This document shows, in pieces, positions 11,029-22,036 of a stretch of DNA of 61,547 nt. Below the pieces are notes generated by a model, which ran no database searches, was not told the origin of the DNA, and saw nothing but the letters and a program-made list of their open reading frames with translations. Source of the DNA: an uncultured virus (IMG/VR IMGVR_UViG_3300010163_001998) (Duplodnaviria > Heunggongvirae > Uroviricota > Caudoviricetes); the IMG/VR virus record IMGVR_UViG_3300010163_001998. One strand, 5' to 3'. Within the stretch, counting starts at the first letter, position 1; each line of letters opens with the position of its first letter. Both the position numbers and the translations under genes were made by a program.

Positions 11029-11226
11029 ATGAAAAAAGAATCAAAATCAGTAATTATAGCAGCATTATTAGCCCTTGTGGTATGCACAGCATATTTAGTG
11101 AGAAACATCATTGATTATAAGCAAAGACTTTGGGAATTAAAGAATAAATTTAAGAAAAGAAAATATACACAGGTATCAAAAAAGCCATTGGAAAGAAATT
11201 ATATAACACTCAGGAGCAATAATTAG
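11029..11226 (+). CDS. Small single-TM basic protein
   Basis: AAGGAG RBS; TM segment VIIAALLALVVCTAYLV; Lys/Arg-rich tail. Confidence 0.7.
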   Translation: MKKESKSVIIAALLALVVCTAYLVRNIIDYKQRLWELKNKFKKRKYTQVSKKPLERNYITLRSNN

Positions 11227-11228
11227 AC

Positions 11229-11528
11229 ATGAGGCAGACAGAGATATCATATATAACAGTAAAATCAATAGAGGAAAATAAAATAGCAACTAATATAGAG
11301 ATATACAAAGAAAAAATGTGGACAGTAACAGCGGATATATCAAGAGATGGCATAAACTTTTACATAAGTAAAGAAAATATTTGCTATAACCAGCCAGTAA
11401 TAATAGACATAAATAAAAACAACGAGCTTGTCTTTAAATGTATGGATAAAAACATAGTAATTCCTTATGCGATACAAACAAAATTGACAAGAACACTCAG
11501 AAATTACCTTATAATACGTGGATATTAA
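11229..11528 (+). CDS. Hypothetical protein
   Basis: 99-aa ORF 2 nt after the previous stop, followed by a hairpin. Confidence 0.7.
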   Translation: MRQTEISYITVKSIEENKIATNIEIYKEKMWTVTADISRDGINFYISKENICYNQPVIIDINKNNELVFKCMDKNIVIPYAIQTKLTRTLRNYLIIRGY

Positions 11529-11570
11529 TCCAAGGATGCCTAATAAGTTAGAGCATCCTTGGATTAATTT
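11524..11570 (+). terminator. Stem-loop, probable terminator
   Basis: 16-bp inverted repeat ATTAATCCAAGGATGC / GCATCCTTGGATTAAT. Confidence 0.7.
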
Positions 11571-11642
11571 ATACATATAAAGATTACAGTTAAATATTAT
11601 ATAACAAAATATTTAATATTTAAATGAGGGACATAAGAAAAA

Positions 11643-12296
11643 ATGAGTGAAAAGATTAGCATAACAAGCATGAGCATTGAGGATAAAGAAATAACATGCA
11701 AGTTTGATATATACAATTCAATGAATGACTCAACATATATAATAGATTGCTTAAATCAACAAAACAGACGTTATGCACTTTATATTGATAGATTAAACAA
11801 TAAATACAGAACAGGTAAAATGAAAGGATTTGACAGAGACAGTTTTGATTTCTTAAGATTACATATGTTTTATAAAAGTGTACATAGCAGATTCCATGTG
11901 AGCGATTTAATATCTGATAAAATTGCATTGGAAATTCAACAAAACGTATTAACAATTAAGGCAACATCAATAGATGAACTTGAAAAAATAACGTTATTAA
12001 ATAAACTTAAAGAGACTACAAACTTAAAGAGTTTATGCACACTTATTCAAATGACATATGATGAAATAGATGTAAGTTTTGCATATAACAAAATAAGAAA
12101 AGCATATGATATAACCGATTTAATCACAGATTATAGAGTAATAGTATTGCTTACTGAAGGCAATAGAGTTATGGTACAATTATATCATAAAGATTATGTT
12201 TACCCAGCAGAAGATACTGATGCATATAGAAAATACGAAAATGCTTTAGGACCTGTATTAGATGCAACATTTGTATATTTATCATTAGTAATATAA
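11643..12296 (+). CDS. Family A paralog
   Basis: TNLKSLCTLIQMTY. Confidence 0.75.
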   Translation: MSEKISITSMSIEDKEITCKFDIYNSMNDSTYIIDCLNQQNRRYALYIDRLNNKYRTGKMKGFDRDSFDFLRLHMFYKSVHSRFHVSDLISDKIALEIQQNVLTIKATSIDELEKITLLNKLKETTNLKSLCTLIQMTYDEIDVSFAYNKIRKAYDITDLITDYRVIVLLTEGNRVMVQLYHKDYVYPAEDTDAYRKYENALGPVLDATFVYLSLVI

Positions 12297-12320
12297 ATAT
12301 AGATATAGGAGCAATAAGAA

Positions 12321-12776
12321 ATGTACATAAAAACATTAATAATAAAAGGTAAGCATTTTAATATATACCCATTCAATAAAGAAAAATTGATTAAAGAATT
12401 TAAAGATAAATTAAAATTAGTTGTGTCAACGTTTTGGTATGAACAAACAAATTTATCTGAGAAGAGCAAAACATGGTTTTATAAAGAAAAGACATTGGAA
12501 ATAGGTGTAACATTTAATTCATTAATAATAGACATAAGAACCATAAAAGATGCAGTAGAGGTTAAAGATGTAAATGGAGAAATCATTCATCTAAGCGAAC
12601 TAGTAAGCATAGCAAAAATGTCAGTAAAAGATAAACACAATATAAAAGTCATAGTGTATGAATGTAAAAACTACACCATAGTATATAATTACGTATGTCC
12701 TAAGTTTGATCCTAATGACTATACAGAACAGCTAATATTTTATTATAGAGGCAGACCGGCATTCGGTTTAAAATAA
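12321..12776 (+). CDS. Family A paralog
   Basis: MYIKTLIIK; IHLSELVSIAKMS. Confidence 0.78.
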   Translation: MYIKTLIIKGKHFNIYPFNKEKLIKEFKDKLKLVVSTFWYEQTNLSEKSKTWFYKEKTLEIGVTFNSLIIDIRTIKDAVEVKDVNGEIIHLSELVSIAKMSVKDKHNIKVIVYECKNYTIVYNYVCPKFDPNDYTEQLIFYYRGRPAFGLK

Positions 12777-12795
12777 TAAATAAAGGTAAAAACAT

Positions 12796-13251
12796 ATGGA
12801 CATAGTGATAGACTTAAATAAAAAGAGTTACATCTGGCTACCAACAAATGAAAATGATGGAACAATCCATAACATTATGAAAAATCAATATAGTATGAAA
12901 GAATCCATTTTATTACCTAATCATGATGTAATAGCACATGGAATGATAATAGAAAAATTAACAGAGACAAATCCTGGTATGGCTTATAGAGTAACATTTA
13001 TTAAACCATTATTTACTAAAGAATATTTTGATAATTTTATAAGAATAAAAATAGATGATTCAAATACATTAACAAAATTTAGTGATTTTATAAAAGTCAT
13101 AAGAATGACATATGAACCATACTTTGATCATAGATTTAAGACATACTTAATAAATTATAACATTGACAATAAGATTTTAGAAGTAAAATATGTTAAAGGG
13201 AAAACAGATAAAGAATATAGGCTGTTTAAGATAGCAATAATTAACAAATAA
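12796..13251 (+). CDS. Family A paralog
   Basis: IVIDL; KFSDFIKVIRMTY. Confidence 0.8.
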   Translation: MDIVIDLNKKSYIWLPTNENDGTIHNIMKNQYSMKESILLPNHDVIAHGMIIEKLTETNPGMAYRVTFIKPLFTKEYFDNFIRIKIDDSNTLTKFSDFIKVIRMTYEPYFDHRFKTYLINYNIDNKILEVKYVKGKTDKEYRLFKIAIINK

Positions 13252-13281
13252 ATTCAGTATAAACAATGCAGGTGATGTAAT

Positions 13282-13755
13282 ATGCAAATATCAAAGATTA
13301 AAATACATAATGATAATAATAAAGATGACTATATAATTGATTTAAAAAAGAAAAATATGAGTTATGAATTATACAAACAAGTAATGCCACTTAGCATAAT
13401 GACTTATGCACATGGAATGCACTTAATAGGTAATGGTATTACAGTAATGTTCAATACTCAAAGGAGTATGCTTATAACATTTAAAAATGAAGCGTCATAT
13501 AACAATGTAGAAATAAAATTAATGCATCAAAAAGAATACATAAAGTTTAGTGACTTTATTGCATTAGTAAAAATGTCTACAACTTGTAAATCAAGTTTAC
13601 CATTTAATGATGACACTAAAGAATATACTGTTAACAATAAATCAGGTAAGATAGAAAGCACTATTACAGTAATAACAATACCATCGCCATTATATAACAA
13701 TGAATATATATGCCGTGGATTGGAGATACAATTAGCACATGCATATTGGATTTAA
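13282..13755 (+). CDS. Family A paralog
   Basis: ISKIKI...IIDL; IKFSDFIALVKMS. Confidence 0.8.
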   Translation: MQISKIKIHNDNNKDDYIIDLKKKNMSYELYKQVMPLSIMTYAHGMHLIGNGITVMFNTQRSMLITFKNEASYNNVEIKLMHQKEYIKFSDFIALVKMSTTCKSSLPFNDDTKEYTVNNKSGKIESTITVITIPSPLYNNEYICRGLEIQLAHAYWI

Positions 13756-14254
13756 GACAGCTGATGATAAAGTAATGACTGTAGAAATATCAGATGACAT
13801 TAAAACATTAAGAGATAATTTTTTACATGCAATACTTAAGCATAAAAAAGAAATAAAACGTATAAAAATATATAAAAGGCAAGCAGTACAGATACCATAT
13901 TATTTAGACTTAAAACTTGGAGAAATTAGTGATACAATAGATTTTTATATACAACAATCAAAAGCACATATAAGATTAGCTGATGCAATAACCATAGATT
14001 TTATGGATATACACAGAGGTAGGATATATGATGTTACAAATAACGAACACACAAGCAATATGTTTATAGGAATGCAAAAAGATATAGGACTAATCCCTCT
14101 TAATATATTTTTAGATATAGGATATATGACACATAAAGTATTTATTTTTAAAAATAATAAGCATATAATAATAACACAAAAACATACACAAATAGTTACT
14201 ACATTCGATTTAGAGAAGAGTCTTCTAACCAGAATAGATGTAATGAAAATATGA
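13739..14254 (+). CDS. Family A paralog
   Basis: IPLNIFLDIGYMTH. Confidence 0.72.
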   Translation: MHIGFKTADDKVMTVEISDDIKTLRDNFLHAILKHKKEIKRIKIYKRQAVQIPYYLDLKLGEISDTIDFYIQQSKAHIRLADAITIDFMDIHRGRIYDVTNNEHTSNMFIGMQKDIGLIPLNIFLDIGYMTHKVFIFKNNKHIIITQKHTQIVTTFDLEKSLLTRIDVMKI

Positions 14255-14754
14255 ATAAGATGCAATTGAAAATAATCATAGATAATAATGAAGAATTAAA
14301 TATTGAATTAAATTCAGACATATCAAAAGAAATAAATAAGATAATAAGTTGGTGCATAGCAAAGAAAGATAAAAAAGAAACTAACAAAAATCTTCGTATA
14401 GACATAATGAATAAGGAGCAGTATACAAGCTGTTACTATGTGTCGTACAAAAATGGATTAATAATACATGTGGACAACTTTGTTAATAATATATACATAT
14501 TATTAAGTATACCAACTAACATAAAATCAATATTTATTAGGATAGACAAAGATTCAGATTATATTTCATTTAAAGAATTCATAAATATGGTAAGTATGAC
14601 ATATGAGTGTATATATAAGCGTGAAAATTTAATGATACAGAAGTATTACATAGTAAATTGTAATTATAACAATTTAATCATAAGTTATACCAAGAAAATA
14701 GATGCTAATAAATGGAAGTTTCATGGTATATCAATAAAAGGGAAAGAAAAATAA
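14251..14754 (+). CDS. Family A paralog
   Basis: ISFKEFINMVSMTY; ATGA overlap. Confidence 0.8.
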   Translation: MNKMQLKIIIDNNEELNIELNSDISKEINKIISWCIAKKDKKETNKNLRIDIMNKEQYTSCYYVSYKNGLIIHVDNFVNNIYILLSIPTNIKSIFIRIDKDSDYISFKEFINMVSMTYECIYKRENLMIQKYYIVNCNYNNLIISYTKKIDANKWKFHGISIKGKEK

Positions 14755-14757
14755 ATT

Positions 14758-15258
14758 ATGAAAATACAAGAAATAAAAATAATAATAAACCGTAAGAAAG
14801 AATACATAACATTGGACTTAACTCAATTATTAGAATATGCAATATGGAACCTAAATAAAGTTGCAATGGATAATACAAAAGATTTTGAATTATCGACTGA
14901 TGTATTTAGCAGCATATATGTAAACTACTCAGGTATTTATATAAGATACTCAGGTTTAAAAATTAGCTATAATATTACTATACCACATATAGCAATTATG
15001 ATGAATGAAATCAAAGATGTTAAAAAAGCTAAAATATTTATCAAGACAGATGATACCCCAGAATACATAGAATTAAGTGAGTTTTTAACATTGTTAAAAA
15101 CAATATACACATTTAATTCATACAAAGGTACATCTAATGAATCAAAGTGGATAACAATAGATAAAATAAATGACTGGGAAATTAAATTTGAATACACTAA
15201 AGAATATAATGATGACAAACTTAACTTCTGGGGTATAACAATTACAAGGTGGGCTTAG
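14758..15258 (+). CDS. Family A paralog
   Basis: IQEIKI...ITLDL; IELSEFLTLLKTIY. Confidence 0.8.
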   Translation: MKIQEIKIIINRKKEYITLDLTQLLEYAIWNLNKVAMDNTKDFELSTDVFSSIYVNYSGIYIRYSGLKISYNITIPHIAIMMNEIKDVKKAKIFIKTDDTPEYIELSEFLTLLKTIYTFNSYKGTSNESKWITIDKINDWEIKFEYTKEYNDDKLNFWGITITRWA

Positions 15259-15261
15259 GGC

Positions 15262-15726
15262 ATGACAGATTTTGTGGAGAAAATAGTTATAAGATTTGAT
15301 AACAACAAGAGTTTTGAATTTGACTTAAGTAAAGATTTAAGCTCAGAAATTGTAAGCTTAAACAATAGTATTACAAATAATCAAATGGGTAAAAAAGAAG
15401 AATGCTTTATATTTCTTCACAAAAACATACTTATGACATTGAATCCAATAAAACCATGCTTAGAAATGAATTTCATACTGTTAAACATTGAAAATTATAA
15501 AGATAACATAAAAATAAAGGTAAAAGATGTTGATGAAAGTATAGACATTGAAGATTTTGTATTATTAGTAAAAGCTAATGGGGATTGCAATGTAGACACA
15601 GAGATAGTCAATAAAGAAACAAGAATAAATATTTACATAAAGGTTTATGATAAAATGTTAAAATTAGGGGAAGAATATAGTAAAGAAGAAGGGATATACA
15701 AGGTATGCACATTAAAAGTATATTAA
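15262..15726 (+). CDS. Family A paralog
   Basis: VEKIVI...FEFDL; IDIEDFVLLVKAN. Confidence 0.8.
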   Translation: MTDFVEKIVIRFDNNKSFEFDLSKDLSSEIVSLNNSITNNQMGKKEECFIFLHKNILMTLNPIKPCLEMNFILLNIENYKDNIKIKVKDVDESIDIEDFVLLVKANGDCNVDTEIVNKETRINIYIKVYDKMLKLGEEYSKEEGIYKVCTLKVY

Positions 15727-16316
15727 TACCTATAAATAAAAAAGAAAAATTAAAGATAGATTTAAACTGTTTAGTAGATGAGACAATTCAAAATTTAGAC
15801 AGACAGATATATAATCTAAAGGATCATATAATAAATTCACAATTAACAACTATAACTACCACGGAAGCATATATAAGCAGAGTAATTAGGTTTAATACAG
15901 CAAGTATATATAATAGATATTATATAGAATGCGCTAATATGATTCTATATACTAATAATTTGCATAAAAATATAAGATTATTATTTACAGTACACAATAG
16001 TTGTACTATTAGTGGTAATGTTATTGGCATTATAAAAGATTACAAAACAGAAAAGGACATATTTAAGCTTAAATTTGATATAAATAAGCAATTTAAAAGA
16101 ATATTAATAATATTAGATACCAATGAAATTGTAAAATTACAAGATTTAATATACATGATAAAAATGTCATATGAACCACTTTTAATGGGAAACGGTTTAA
16201 AAAAGTATGGATTACATATAAATGATAGAGTATATATGGGAATAACATTTACTAGTAATAAATTACATGAAATTTCATTATACCCGCAATTGTACCCGCA
16301 TATGGAGGTACTCTAA
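15705..16316 (+). CDS. Family A paralog
   Basis: IKSILI...LKIDL; VKLQDLIYMIKMSY. Confidence 0.8.
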   Translation: MHIKSILIPINKKEKLKIDLNCLVDETIQNLDRQIYNLKDHIINSQLTTITTTEAYISRVIRFNTASIYNRYYIECANMILYTNNLHKNIRLLFTVHNSCTISGNVIGIIKDYKTEKDIFKLKFDINKQFKRILIILDTNEIVKLQDLIYMIKMSYEPLLMGNGLKKYGLHINDRVYMGITFTSNKLHEISLYPQLYPHMEVL

Positions 16317-16317
16317 A

Positions 16318-16803
16318 ATGGTAATAAACAAGCTACTCATAAAATTAAAAGAAACGGATCCAGTAATATTTGATTTAACAAGCCAAGATAAGTTTTTAGA
16401 ATCATTAAATAATTTTTCAAAAAACTTGCAACAATTTAAGCTTGGAGCAAAAGATAAAACAACAAAAGACTTTGACTTTATAGATTCAGAAATGAGCATT
16501 CATGAGAATCCACAGACAAGTATAGTTGAAATAGGTTTATGGTATGGAATTACAATTGGACAACTTTTTATACAGTGTAAAAATGATGATAATTACACTG
16601 ATCTATATGATAGTTTACCAATAATAAGAATGACATACCCAATAAATGATTACTTTAATAGTGCAGTAAGTTTATTAAGCAACACATATAAAAACTGGGG
16701 CAAGGATGAATTTAAATGTATAAGAGTAGAATCAAAAAATAGAAAAGCAATAAACCTAATAATACATGAAGATGGTGTAATATATACAGTCATAGTATCA
16801 TAA
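16318..16803 (+). CDS. Family A paralog
   Basis: Start moved to ATG 16318 after GGAGG; INKLLI...VIFDL; DLYDSLPIIRMTY. Confidence 0.78.
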   Translation: MVINKLLIKLKETDPVIFDLTSQDKFLESLNNFSKNLQQFKLGAKDKTTKDFDFIDSEMSIHENPQTSIVEIGLWYGITIGQLFIQCKNDDNYTDLYDSLPIIRMTYPINDYFNSAVSLLSNTYKNWGKDEFKCIRVESKNRKAINLIIHEDGVIYTVIVS

Positions 16804-16819
16804 GAAAAAGAGGAAAAAG

Positions 16820-17299
16820 ATGAACATTAATTCAATAGTAATAACATTAGAAGATAAGCATCAAATCATTATAGATATAAGTAATACTTATGATGAAATA
16901 ATGGATGCATTACAAGAAGAAATAGATAACTTAGAAGCAGTAGCAATAACAAGTAGGAATACAGTAAATAGCATCTTAAGAACTCAATCATTAAGCACTA
17001 GCAATAATTGGTTCAGGCTAAAAGATAATATGATAATAAAAATAAATAAGAATTGCATAGATATAAAAGTAATAAACGATGAACTATCCAAGTACAATGA
17101 TGTACTAAGTATAAATACATCAGAAGGATCACAAATGACACTAGAAGATGCAATAACAGTATTAAAAATGACATGTGATTATAAAAAATTTACATTAGGT
17201 GAAGATAGGAGTAAATATATAGAAATAACTTATAATAATCAAGAAAAACCTGGATACACGGAACTACTTATTTTCAAAGTATATCAATTAGTGAGGTAA
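16820..17299 (+). CDS. Family A paralog
   Basis: INSIVI...IIIDI; MTLEDAITVLKMTC. Confidence 0.8.
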   Translation: MNINSIVITLEDKHQIIIDISNTYDEIMDALQEEIDNLEAVAITSRNTVNSILRTQSLSTSNNWFRLKDNMIIKINKNCIDIKVINDELSKYNDVLSINTSEGSQMTLEDAITVLKMTCDYKKFTLGEDRSKYIEITYNNQEKPGYTELLIFKVYQLVR

Positions 17300-17304
17300 G
17301 TGGG

Positions 17305-17853
17305 ATGTTCAAATACGGAGTTAAATTGAGCATAAAATTAAGCAATGGGAATGATTTAATAATAAATTCAATGGTATACATTCCTTCTTTTCATCATTTC
17401 ATAATAAATGAGGTAGAAAGAAATATTGATTGCATTAAACCACTAGTAGTATGTGATCATAGTGTACTTAAAATAAGGGATAGTATACCAGAATATACAG
17501 AAGGATTTGATAAATATTTCTTAATAAACAACTGTTTAATGTTAACACTACCTGCACATAGTTTTCATACAAAGATACAAATAGCAAGAAACACCATGCA
17601 CAGGATTGAATATGATAAGAATATAACAGAAGACCAGTGTTTAGATATGATAAACGTAAAATTATCAGAGGAATCAGATTATATGTCATTGAAAAGTTTA
17701 ATAGGTTTAATGGAAATGAATGATGACAAAGAAGAATTATATTATGTTTATACAAATAAGTATGAGTTAGTTAAATACAGTTACCCGATAAGTAACAGAA
17801 AATCATTAAATATGTTTTCTGTACATGGTCATTTATTAGAAATAAATATTTAA
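17305..17853 (+). CDS. Family A paralog
   Basis: LSIKL; MSLKSLIGLMEMN. Confidence 0.72.
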   Translation: MFKYGVKLSIKLSNGNDLIINSMVYIPSFHHFIINEVERNIDCIKPLVVCDHSVLKIRDSIPEYTEGFDKYFLINNCLMLTLPAHSFHTKIQIARNTMHRIEYDKNITEDQCLDMINVKLSEESDYMSLKSLIGLMEMNDDKEELYYVYTNKYELVKYSYPISNRKSLNMFSVHGHLLEINI

Positions 17854-18344
17854 AATGTGTCAAAAAAACAATAACATGTTTTAAATGTAAGATACATATA
17901 CAAGTATACATATGATATTATTTTATAGTTAGCTTAACTAATATTTTTATTATGAGAGGTAGATAAATTCTGGATAATTATTTTTATAAAAATAGCATAA
18001 AAATAATCAGAAAATAACATACATAAATCGAATGATTAAAATAGAAAAACTAATAATACATTAAGCAAAAATTAAGTTATACATTAAGAAAAAATCCAGG
18101 TATACATAGGGTGGAAAAATTTCAATAATTTCATAAGATGTTAAGTACATATAGAATAAAAACATACAAATAGCAACAAGAGAGTAAACAACTAAATAAA
18201 ATAGATATTTAATTCAGATTATATAAGCATGTTATTATACCTTCCAGTATAATAAGTAGTTATTAATAATTATTTAAAAATATTGCATAAGATTTTTAAG
18301 TAGCAACATATAAGTTATTGTTAATAACAGTTTACCTCAGCTAA

Positions 18345-18408
18345 AATTGTTTATCAAAAAAGCAACTCAACTTTGGTAGGAGCGGTTGCTTTTTTGATAC
18401 AAACAATT
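18345..18408. terminator. Long imperfect inverted repeat, bidirectional terminator-like
   Basis: AATTGTTTATCAAAAAAGCAAC...GTTGCTTTTTTGATACAAACAATT. Confidence 0.65.
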
Positions 18409-18457
18409 CAAAATTTTATTTATACATTAAAAATATAACTATAAAGGAAAAATAATA

Positions 18458-19027
18458 GTGGAAACATTAAATTATTATCCATCAACATTAGAAGAAATAG
18501 ACATAAAATTAAAAAATGATAAATATATTAGGATTCCAATAGATATCACAATATTATCTAATAGAAAAATGATAATAAACCAGTGTTGGGAAAATAGGCA
18601 CCTAGTACACAATTCACATATAATTTGTAAAAATTCAACAATGCTTTATGTTGAAAGACGTAAAAATTTTAGACCCAGTGAAAATGCTGAAGATATAGCT
18701 TATGAAACATCAGATGGGCTAATCCTTGAAATTCAAAAGAATAGAATTAGCATCATTATTATGCCATCTAGATTGTCGGATGATGCTAGCCTTGAAATGT
18801 ATAATGATACACTGTATTTTAAATTTGAAAATGAAAAAACACTTATAAACATTGAAAGTCTATTGAATATGATGTTTATGAGTTATGATGCATCTGAAGT
18901 ATTAAAATTAACAGGCAATAGAAGTAGTAAAATAATAAAATTAAGAAAAAATGGAACATATATAGATATAAAAACAGAAATAGATAAAGATGGAACATTT
19001 TGTAAATTAACACTAAACATGTATTAG
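18458..19027 (+). CDS. Family A paralog
   Basis: LEEIDIKL; INIESLLNMMFMSY. Confidence 0.8.
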   Translation: METLNYYPSTLEEIDIKLKNDKYIRIPIDITILSNRKMIINQCWENRHLVHNSHIICKNSTMLYVERRKNFRPSENAEDIAYETSDGLILEIQKNRISIIIMPSRLSDDASLEMYNDTLYFKFENEKTLINIESLLNMMFMSYDASEVLKLTGNRSSKIIKLRKNGTYIDIKTEIDKDGTFCKLTLNMY

Positions 19028-19068
19028 GATGCATAAAAATCAATATAGCAACACAGGGGGATTACAGA

Positions 19069-19785
19069 ATGAATAAAATTTTAAAGGGTTACAATCTTGC
19101 ATTAAATGCAATAGGAAATCGGTACAAGTATATAGAATCTGGTATACAATCAGTAATTTTTAGAGCAAATGGTACCAACAGTGTTGAATTGAGAATGTCA
19201 AGGGAATATAGGTCAAACAATCGCGAAGCATTAAGAAGTTGGTTAAGATGCAATGGAGAACATAAACCTTATGCAACTATTATTGATATATTAAACTTAA
19301 ATAGAAAGGCTAAAAGAGAAATAAAAAAGATAAGATTCCAATATGAATTAGAAGATAACACTGGAGAAGATGATCAGGAAAATAAACAATCATTTATCAA
19401 GAACATCAAGAAACTGATTAGTTACAAGTTTAAGCCAATCAAGGCAGGTATTCCAGATTTCCCATTACTCAATAAAAACTTATGCATTGTTGATAATACA
19501 ATGATATTTAAGTGGGGTCAAGTATGCTATTCGTTTGATTTTGTTGAGCTTTGGTTACCCACCAGTAATTATGATGACTACAGGGATAAAATTTTTTTCA
19601 AATTAAAAGGTAGTGATGAAATAGTAAACATAGCAGATTATTTAAGATTGACAAACATGTCACTTAATTATGTACCAGTAGAAAAAAATTATGTATTTAA
19701 AAATTCAGACAATGAAAAACAGTTATCAGCATTAATATTAGAGACTATGGGTGCAGCTGCTAACTTAAGCTTATTCATATTTTAA
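19069..19785 (+). CDS. Family A paralog (longer)
   Basis: IQSVIF; VNIADYLRLTNMS. Confidence 0.75.
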   Translation: MNKILKGYNLALNAIGNRYKYIESGIQSVIFRANGTNSVELRMSREYRSNNREALRSWLRCNGEHKPYATIIDILNLNRKAKREIKKIRFQYELEDNTGEDDQENKQSFIKNIKKLISYKFKPIKAGIPDFPLLNKNLCIVDNTMIFKWGQVCYSFDFVELWLPTSNYDDYRDKIFFKLKGSDEIVNIADYLRLTNMSLNYVPVEKNYVFKNSDNEKQLSALILETMGAAANLSLFIF

Positions 19786-19957
19786 CTATACGTACAATAT
19801 TACATTTTGATATAATAAATAAATTTATTCTAAAAATTTTCATTATACCAAAATGTATAAGGCATGGTGAAAGGATTTTTAGTAAGTAAATTTCCTTTCA
19901 CTTTTTGTGTTTATACAAGGAGATCATGATGAATATATCATATAAGGATAAAAGATT

Positions 19958-20535
19958 ATGTACATTGAAGAAATAATATTTAAAATAGCAAAAAATAAGG
20001 GTATACGTATAAAAATAGATAAAAACTTTTTAGAAAATACCAATGCAACACTTAGGTACTTTTCAGAATATATAAGTGAAGATTCGTTATCAGAATTGGC
20101 TAAAGCAAGAATTAAGCTGGAACTCAGCACTAAATCATCCGAGCCAATAAAATATATAATAAAATACAGTGGAATATGTGTAGAAACAATTAATAAGGAT
20201 ATAAAAGACTTTAATTTTCAGATAAGGTGTTTATAACTGTAGCAAATAATGCATTTAAGGATCTATTAATTAAGCTGTCAGAACAAGATAAACCAATTGA
20301 ATTAATAACATTCATAACATTTTTAAAAATGACATGTGATGTAAAGAAAGGTGCAGGTTGGAATTACGACATACAAACAATACACGTAAAAATACAAGAA
20401 AATATAGAATTTATCATTGAAATAATAGATGTAAAACAAGAAGAAAAACAAAAGACAACAATAGAAAAATTATTAACAAATAGTAATACAGCAGAGCAAC
20501 ATTTAAAATATGTAGAAATAAAATTAATTAGATAA
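19958..20535 (+). pseudogene. Family A paralog split by a frameshift near 20220 (ORFs 19958..20236 and 20227..20535)
   Basis: First ORF has only the N-terminal IEEIIFKI...IKID pattern; second has only IELITFITFLKMTC. Confidence 0.65.
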
Positions 20536-20559
20536 CAAGTTAAAAGAGGTAAATAAACA

Positions 20560-21054
20560 ATGAATAAACCAATAAACCTTAATGAATTAAATATAGTAAG
20601 ATTAATAATAAGTGATACTACTAATATAGAGATAGACTTAACAAAAGATATGATTAGCTTTGAAAAAGCAAGGGATATATTATTAAATAATAACTGTATG
20701 CCTTATGTAATGTATGCAAAAAGAGGTAATGAAGATGATAGACATAGAAGAATAGAAGATGAAAATGCGCTTATGTTTTTAACAGAAGGAAATTTATTAA
20801 TACAGCTAATTAGATTTAATAATAAATTAGGGATTACTTGTAATCAACCAGAACAATTTGAAAAAATTCAATTTAAGATATCAGGCATAGAAGATTCATT
20901 AATGACACTTAATGATATAATAAGCATATATAATATGACAGATAACTCAAAGACAAGCTTCATATTACATATTAAGAACAATATAAATTGTGAGATATAC
21001 AGAGATTATGATGGAATAATGTTTATTGATTTATTGCAAGGAGATAAAAATTAA
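20560..21054 (+). CDS. Family A paralog
   Basis: IVRLII...IEIDL; MTLNDIISIYNMT. Confidence 0.8.
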   Translation: MNKPINLNELNIVRLIISDTTNIEIDLTKDMISFEKARDILLNNNCMPYVMYAKRGNEDDRHRRIEDENALMFLTEGNLLIQLIRFNNKLGITCNQPEQFEKIQFKISGIEDSLMTLNDIISIYNMTDNSKTSFILHIKNNINCEIYRDYDGIMFIDLLQGDKN

Positions 21055-21055
21055 A

Positions 21056-21523
21056 ATGACTAAACTTCAAGCAGTAGAAATAGACTTACCAAAACTAGGT
21101 AAAAGCATACAATTAAATTGTGATGATAAATTTGAAAATATAATTCAGCAATTAATTGATAAAGAAATCATACCACAATATAGATTACTATTTAAAAATA
21201 ATAAGGTAACCTGGGATAAAGTATCTTTAAGAACAAGTAGTTATACAACTTCACAATCATTAAAAATTAATATACAGGATACAAATGATCCAGATAATAG
21301 ACAAGATGAACAAGTATATATAATATTTGACAATCAGAAAATAAATATACTAGACTATATAAGATTATATGTATCATGCCATGATATAAATTTAGATGAT
21401 TTCGGGTGGTCAACTATAATATATACCTTTGATAATATAAAATTTATGTCTGTACAATATACAGAAGCATTTTTATTAATAGGTCAAGACAATGCAATCT
21501 TTTGCATATCAATATACTTTTAA
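21056..21523 (+). CDS. Family A paralog
   Basis: Start moved to ATG after AAGGAG; LQAVEIDL; INILDYIRLYVS. Confidence 0.72.
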   Translation: MTKLQAVEIDLPKLGKSIQLNCDDKFENIIQQLIDKEIIPQYRLLFKNNKVTWDKVSLRTSSYTTSQSLKINIQDTNDPDNRQDEQVYIIFDNQKINILDYIRLYVSCHDINLDDFGWSTIIYTFDNIKFMSVQYTEAFLLIGQDNAIFCISIYF

Positions 21524-21537
21524 GGAGATTTATATTG

Positions 21538-22035
21538 ATGAATAAAAGGACACTTAAGGAAATAGTATTAACCTTAAAAGATGGTACAGAATATAAATTA
21601 GATATAAAGAAACCTAAACTGTTAACATTGAATAGTAGATTGTTATTCACTAGTTTAAATCATAATAAATTAGAAGTAACATACCTAAATAAATGTGAAG
21701 TATTACACAAACGAAACAATGAAACTAAAGAATATGAATCAATATATTTTGATAAAATACTAATTGCAATAGACAAAGAAAATTTCAAAGGAGACATTAA
21801 ATTAATATTTAATAACAATGATATAACAGAAGCAGTAGAAGAGGTAGGCTTAATTCAAATGTACCACATGGTAACAACATTGTACTCCATATCAGACAAA
21901 TGCGGAGATGAGGTTGCATATGATATTTCAGATATGTTCAATAACTTATTCTATGCAGAGTTATGCACAGACACAGCTACTGGTATAATAACATTAATAT
22001 TAGAACAGGAAAACCTAAAATGGGGAATGAAATAA
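21538..22035 (+). CDS. Family A paralog
   Basis: Start moved to ATG after AAGGAG; LKEIVL...YKLDI; VGLIQMYHMVTTLY. Confidence 0.72.
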   Translation: MNKRTLKEIVLTLKDGTEYKLDIKKPKLLTLNSRLLFTSLNHNKLEVTYLNKCEVLHKRNNETKEYESIYFDKILIAIDKENFKGDIKLIFNNNDITEAVEEVGLIQMYHMVTTLYSISDKCGDEVAYDISDMFNNLFYAELCTDTATGIITLILEQENLKWGMK

Positions 22036-22036
22036 C

